IMG/VR virus record: IMGVR_UViG_2029527006_000005
DNA length: 64,000 bases
Origin: a virus
Taxonomy: Duplodnaviria; Heunggongvirae; Uroviricota; Caudoviricetes
Direction: 5' to 3' (one strand)
Within the stretch, counting starts at the first letter, position 1, and every line of letters starts with the position of its first letter. Shown one piece after another: positions 61,093 to 64,000 of this stretch. The notes beneath the pieces were generated by a model. It saw only the letters and a program-made list of their open reading frames with translations. It had not been told where the DNA came from and did not search any database. A program made the position numbers and the translations under genes.

Positions 61093-61189
61093 TGGTTTCT
61101 CCTATGTTATGGAAACTCCGCACATCTGGACTCAGTTGAGGCCATGTTTGCACAAAGCCTCGTTGGACTTCCTACAATAGTCTATTTGA

Positions 61190-61771
61190 CTACTTCGAAA
61201 CATTGTTTAATGAATCTATGTGAATCGCTTTAAGAAGCTCATCACTCGATGTAAGAATTATAGCACCAATCTCTTCATCAGTGCAAGTACTAATTCCTGC
61301 ATCCATGAACCGTTCGATGTTTTGTTGAACAAAAAACGGGACATTCTTTTCTAAGTGCTCGGTAAATCGAGAATCACTCAGTAAAATTGTGTGCATTTTT
61401 GGTAACACAGTTTTAAAACCACGTCGCACACATGTATGTATGATACTCTCTAATTGTGCAAGATCCATATAGGTTGCTAGAGATAATGATTGAAATGCCA
61501 TGTCAAATGGTGACATTGGGGGAGGCATTTCTCGACAAATTACTTCAATAACACCAACAGTCAAATCGTTAACATCAAACTCAGGTCTTGAAACGGTTCG
61601 TAGTGATTCTAGTACCATATAAGATATAGAGGATAATGCAGTCTCATATGAGGGAAACGACATGTCCGGTAGTGTTTTGTCATGTACTGAAAAAATAGGA
61701 TAGCCACTAGAAGAAGAAATACCTTCTATTGGCATACCCTTGTACATAACACAATAACGATATTTAGTCAT
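61190..61771 (-). CDS. Hypothetical protein
   Basis: Start MTKYRY overlaps the upstream stop. Confidence 0.55.
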   Translation of the reverse strand: MTKYRYCVMYKGMPIEGISSSSGYPIFSVHDKTLPDMSFPSYETALSSISYMVLESLRTVSRPEFDVNDLTVGVIEVICREMPPPMSPFDMAFQSLSLATYMDLAQLESIIHTCVRRGFKTVLPKMHTILLSDSRFTEHLEKNVPFFVQQNIERFMDAGISTCTDEEIGAIILTSSDELLKAIHIDSLNNVSK

Positions 61772-62180
61772 AGTGTGTTCTTCCAATTGTGAAGTGGAAA
61801 GTATATTTAGATTGTAATCCTAGCTCTGCTCGTATCTTCCGAAAGAACGGGACTTCAAAATCTATAAAACAGTACAATCCAGCTTTCTTTGGATCTTTCT
61901 TCACATGAATGTACGGATAGTATCGTATCTTAACAACTTTACCATCATACTTTTTCCACACATCAGCGTTTGGTGGTTTTTCACCACGAACAATACTAAC
62001 ATGTGCTCCCCAAGAAGGGTCAGCTAAAGGAATGTGTAAATCAGTTCTAACAAAGTACTGGTAGTACTTAACTAACTCTTGGGGCAATTCTAGAATACAC
62101 CAGAAATCCGTGTTCTTTTTCATACCAGAACGTGGAGGGTCGTATCTAATCACCCCTTCGATTTCAATGTATTCTTGCAT
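61764..62180 (-). CDS. 2H phosphoesterase family protein
   Basis: Two HxS/T motifs, 'AHVSIV' and 'FHFTIG', about 68 aa apart in a 138-aa protein. Confidence 0.7.
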   Translation of the reverse strand: MQEYIEIEGVIRYDPPRSGMKKNTDFWCILELPQELVKYYQYFVRTDLHIPLADPSWGAHVSIVRGEKPPNADVWKKYDGKVVKIRYYPYIHVKKDPKKAGLYCFIDFEVPFFRKIRAELGLQSKYTFHFTIGRTHYD

Positions 62181-62181
62181 T

Positions 62182-62322
62182 TTATAATCCGAATATCTGA
62201 AGTAGGGAATATAAGAATAGCACAGTTACCGCACCTAATGCAACTGTTAAGATTGGATTCATTTTCAACGACACTTGAAAGTTCAAGTAAGAAGCGAAAA
62301 GAAAATTACGAACATGTTTCAT
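62182..62322 (-). CDS. 46-aa membrane peptide (not in ORF track)
   Basis: MKHVRNFLFASYLNFQVSLKMNPILTVALGAVTVLFLYSLLQIFGL, with AAGGA RBS. Stop lies 1 nt before the 2H gene ATG. Confidence 0.65.
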   Translation of the reverse strand: MKHVRNFLFASYLNFQVSLKMNPILTVALGAVTVLFLYSLLQIFGL

Positions 62323-62338
62323 ATTTAGTCCTTGAATG

Positions 62339-62363
62339 AAAAAGCCCCAATTTTCATGGGGCT
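62339..62363 (-). terminator. Terminator after the TROVE-like gene
   Basis: Minus strand AGCCCCA-TGAAAAT-TGGGGCT-TTTT. Confidence 0.8.
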
Positions 62364-62370
62364 ATGTTAC

Positions 62371-63894
62371 TTATCCGATGACCTTGTAGCGTGGTACATC
62401 AATCGCTGCAAGCATAATAGATACTGGATCTACTTGCTCACCTGATAGGATGGCTTTTAGAATTGCTGGACTAAAACCAGAAACCATTGCAGTTCCAGTT
62501 TCATCGAAGGTAACAGGGTTGTTACCAACACGACCATTTAGGTTCCAGAATACTACGTTAGGTAGTTTGTAACCAGCAGAAGCAAAAGCAGCTTTCGCAT
62601 ACTCATGGGCTGTTACATCCCAATTCCCTTCGTTTCCACCACCGTAAGTACAGTTGAATTCCATATCACTATAGATAATCATGTACTCAGGCATATCTTC
62701 TTGTGGTACATTTTGCTTCACAGCAACTTCTAGTACCTTTTCAAATGCCTTACCAATGTCAGTACTGCCACCCCAATATTCGTAACCTTCGTAATGACGT
62801 AGATCATAATACTTCTGATAAATGTCTTTACCTTCGAGTACAAATAGTTGTGGTTCTTCACTGAAGGTCAAGAATACATCCTTGAATGCACCCTTTTGCT
62901 TATCAGCAGTATAAAGAGATAGAGACATAGCTACATCTAAGCAGCTTAGTGATCCGGTTCCACCAGCAGAACAGCCCATAGAACCACTAGTATCACACAT
63001 TGGTAGAATACTAGCACCGTTTAGGAAATCTGGTAGTGCATCCCACTGGCCGATTAGTACATTGTCACGATTGCAATTGTTGAACTTAGTAGTAATGTCG
63101 TAAGGGAACAATGCTCCCGCATTTACCTTGACTTCACCACTTGCAACTTTCTCTCCGAACGCAGTGAAACGTTCTTCATCGTTACGCATAAATGCAGCAC
63201 GATAACGGTTCATTGCTACTGATGGTACATGTGAGTACTCAATTGATGACCAATCACGTGCACACATGTTCTGCTCTACGGTAGAACTTAGTGAGGAAAG
63301 TAGCTTGCGGTACTGTTTCTCGTTCAAGTTCATTACTTGCATTAGTTCACGTGCAATTGTATTGTTTGCAATACGGTTCTGGTTCGCTACTGTATCCTTA
63401 GATACATTACCGTTTTTGTCTTTCTTTAGCTTATAGATGCGTGGCATCCATTTAGCACAAAGAGCATTACCAGCACGAAGATGTGCTTCGATGGTACGAT
63501 ACGCATCTAGTTTTACCTGTGGGTTGGTAAAGATTAGTAGATCATCCCAACGACCATACTCTGCGAGTACTGGAATGATTTCAGAAAGATCATCTTGATG
63601 ATTTTCTTCCAAGAAACGAAGAATCTGACGAGTCGTTTCACGCTCACCTGCACCACCACGTACATCACGAACCCATAGGGTCATTTGTAGGGTTAGTTTA
63701 CGGTTAGCGGCATACGCCTTTTCAAACGCAGTTTGGAATGTGGAGAAATCCTTACCACGTACTGCACCAAGGATCGCGAAGAGATCAACCAATGGGTTCA
63801 ATGAACTCGCATGGGATACTGCACCGTTAGCGGTTACGCCTACGTTATCTTCAGCTTTGGTGTTTACATTTTGGACTGCATCTTTGAATGACAT
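62371..63894 (-). CDS. DUF2828 / Ro60(TROVE)-like protein with C-terminal vWA domain
   Basis: 'RDVRGGAGER', 'EYGRWDDL', 'AKWMPR', MIDAS 'DTSGSM', 'SDMEF', 'VFWNL' and 'SGFS'. Confidence 0.8.
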   Translation of the reverse strand: MSFKDAVQNVNTKAEDNVGVTANGAVSHASSLNPLVDLFAILGAVRGKDFSTFQTAFEKAYAANRKLTLQMTLWVRDVRGGAGERETTRQILRFLEENHQDDLSEIIPVLAEYGRWDDLLIFTNPQVKLDAYRTIEAHLRAGNALCAKWMPRIYKLKKDKNGNVSKDTVANQNRIANNTIARELMQVMNLNEKQYRKLLSSLSSTVEQNMCARDWSSIEYSHVPSVAMNRYRAAFMRNDEERFTAFGEKVASGEVKVNAGALFPYDITTKFNNCNRDNVLIGQWDALPDFLNGASILPMCDTSGSMGCSAGGTGSLSCLDVAMSLSLYTADKQKGAFKDVFLTFSEEPQLFVLEGKDIYQKYYDLRHYEGYEYWGGSTDIGKAFEKVLEVAVKQNVPQEDMPEYMIIYSDMEFNCTYGGGNEGNWDVTAHEYAKAAFASAGYKLPNVVFWNLNGRVGNNPVTFDETGTAMVSGFSPAILKAILSGEQVDPVSIMLAAIDVPRYKVIG

Positions 63895-63955
63895 ATATTC
63901 TTCCTCTCAGAAATGGATAATTTGTTTGAGTGTTGACTCATTTCTTAATAACTTA

Positions 63956-63984
63956 ATTATATCACATAAAAAGCGGTTTGTCCC
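63956..63984 (-). promoter_or_regulatory. GGGACA-N17-TATAAT promoter (copy 5)
   Basis: Minus strand GGGACA-AACCGCTTTTTATGTGA-TATAAT. Confidence 0.8.
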
Positions 63985-64000
63985 AAGTTTTTGAAACAAA

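Noticed and set aside
62181-62370. Possible Y RNA or tRNA-like ncRNA next to the Ro/TROVE-like gene
   Set aside because: The interval is explained by a terminator and a 46-aa ORF. No cloverleaf or Y-RNA stem was visible.

Overview
This 64 kb, AT-rich, gene-dense window looks like part of a jumbo myovirus genome with T4-like morphogenesis genes. Gene content and order suggest the RaK2/GAP32/PBECO4-like enterobacterial jumbo phages; this is inference, as no search was run. Positions 1-37.3 kb are mostly + strand virion genes: baseplate hub, gp5-like spike, lysozyme, gp25, gp6, a 3341-aa giant protein, neck/tail-terminator proteins and fibre proteins, with an inverted clpA-like gene inserted. 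Positions 37.3-64 kb are all on the - strand: thyA, a MoxR-like AAA + HEXXH/vWA pair, acidic putative head proteins, gp4, three tube-fold genes, sheath, dNMP kinase and gp13. They end in a cluster of RNA/translation/nucleotide-signal genes (Pth2-like, macrodomain, glutaredoxin, Nudix, CCA enzyme, HPF, 2H phosphoesterase, Ro/TROVE-like vWA). The strongest non-gene signals are four. (i) Five copies of a non-canonical promoter, GGGACA-N17-TATAAT with an extended -10, precede non-structural genes. (ii) TAAATA late promoters precede structural genes. (iii) The palindrome AGTACT is strikingly iterated in all reading frames, while CCWGG is almost absent. (iv) There are two structured leaders and two short ORFs missed by the ORF track, one resembling the GyrB N-terminal strap. 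I saw no tRNA, rRNA, CRISPR array or mobile element. All protein calls come from motif recognition by eye.
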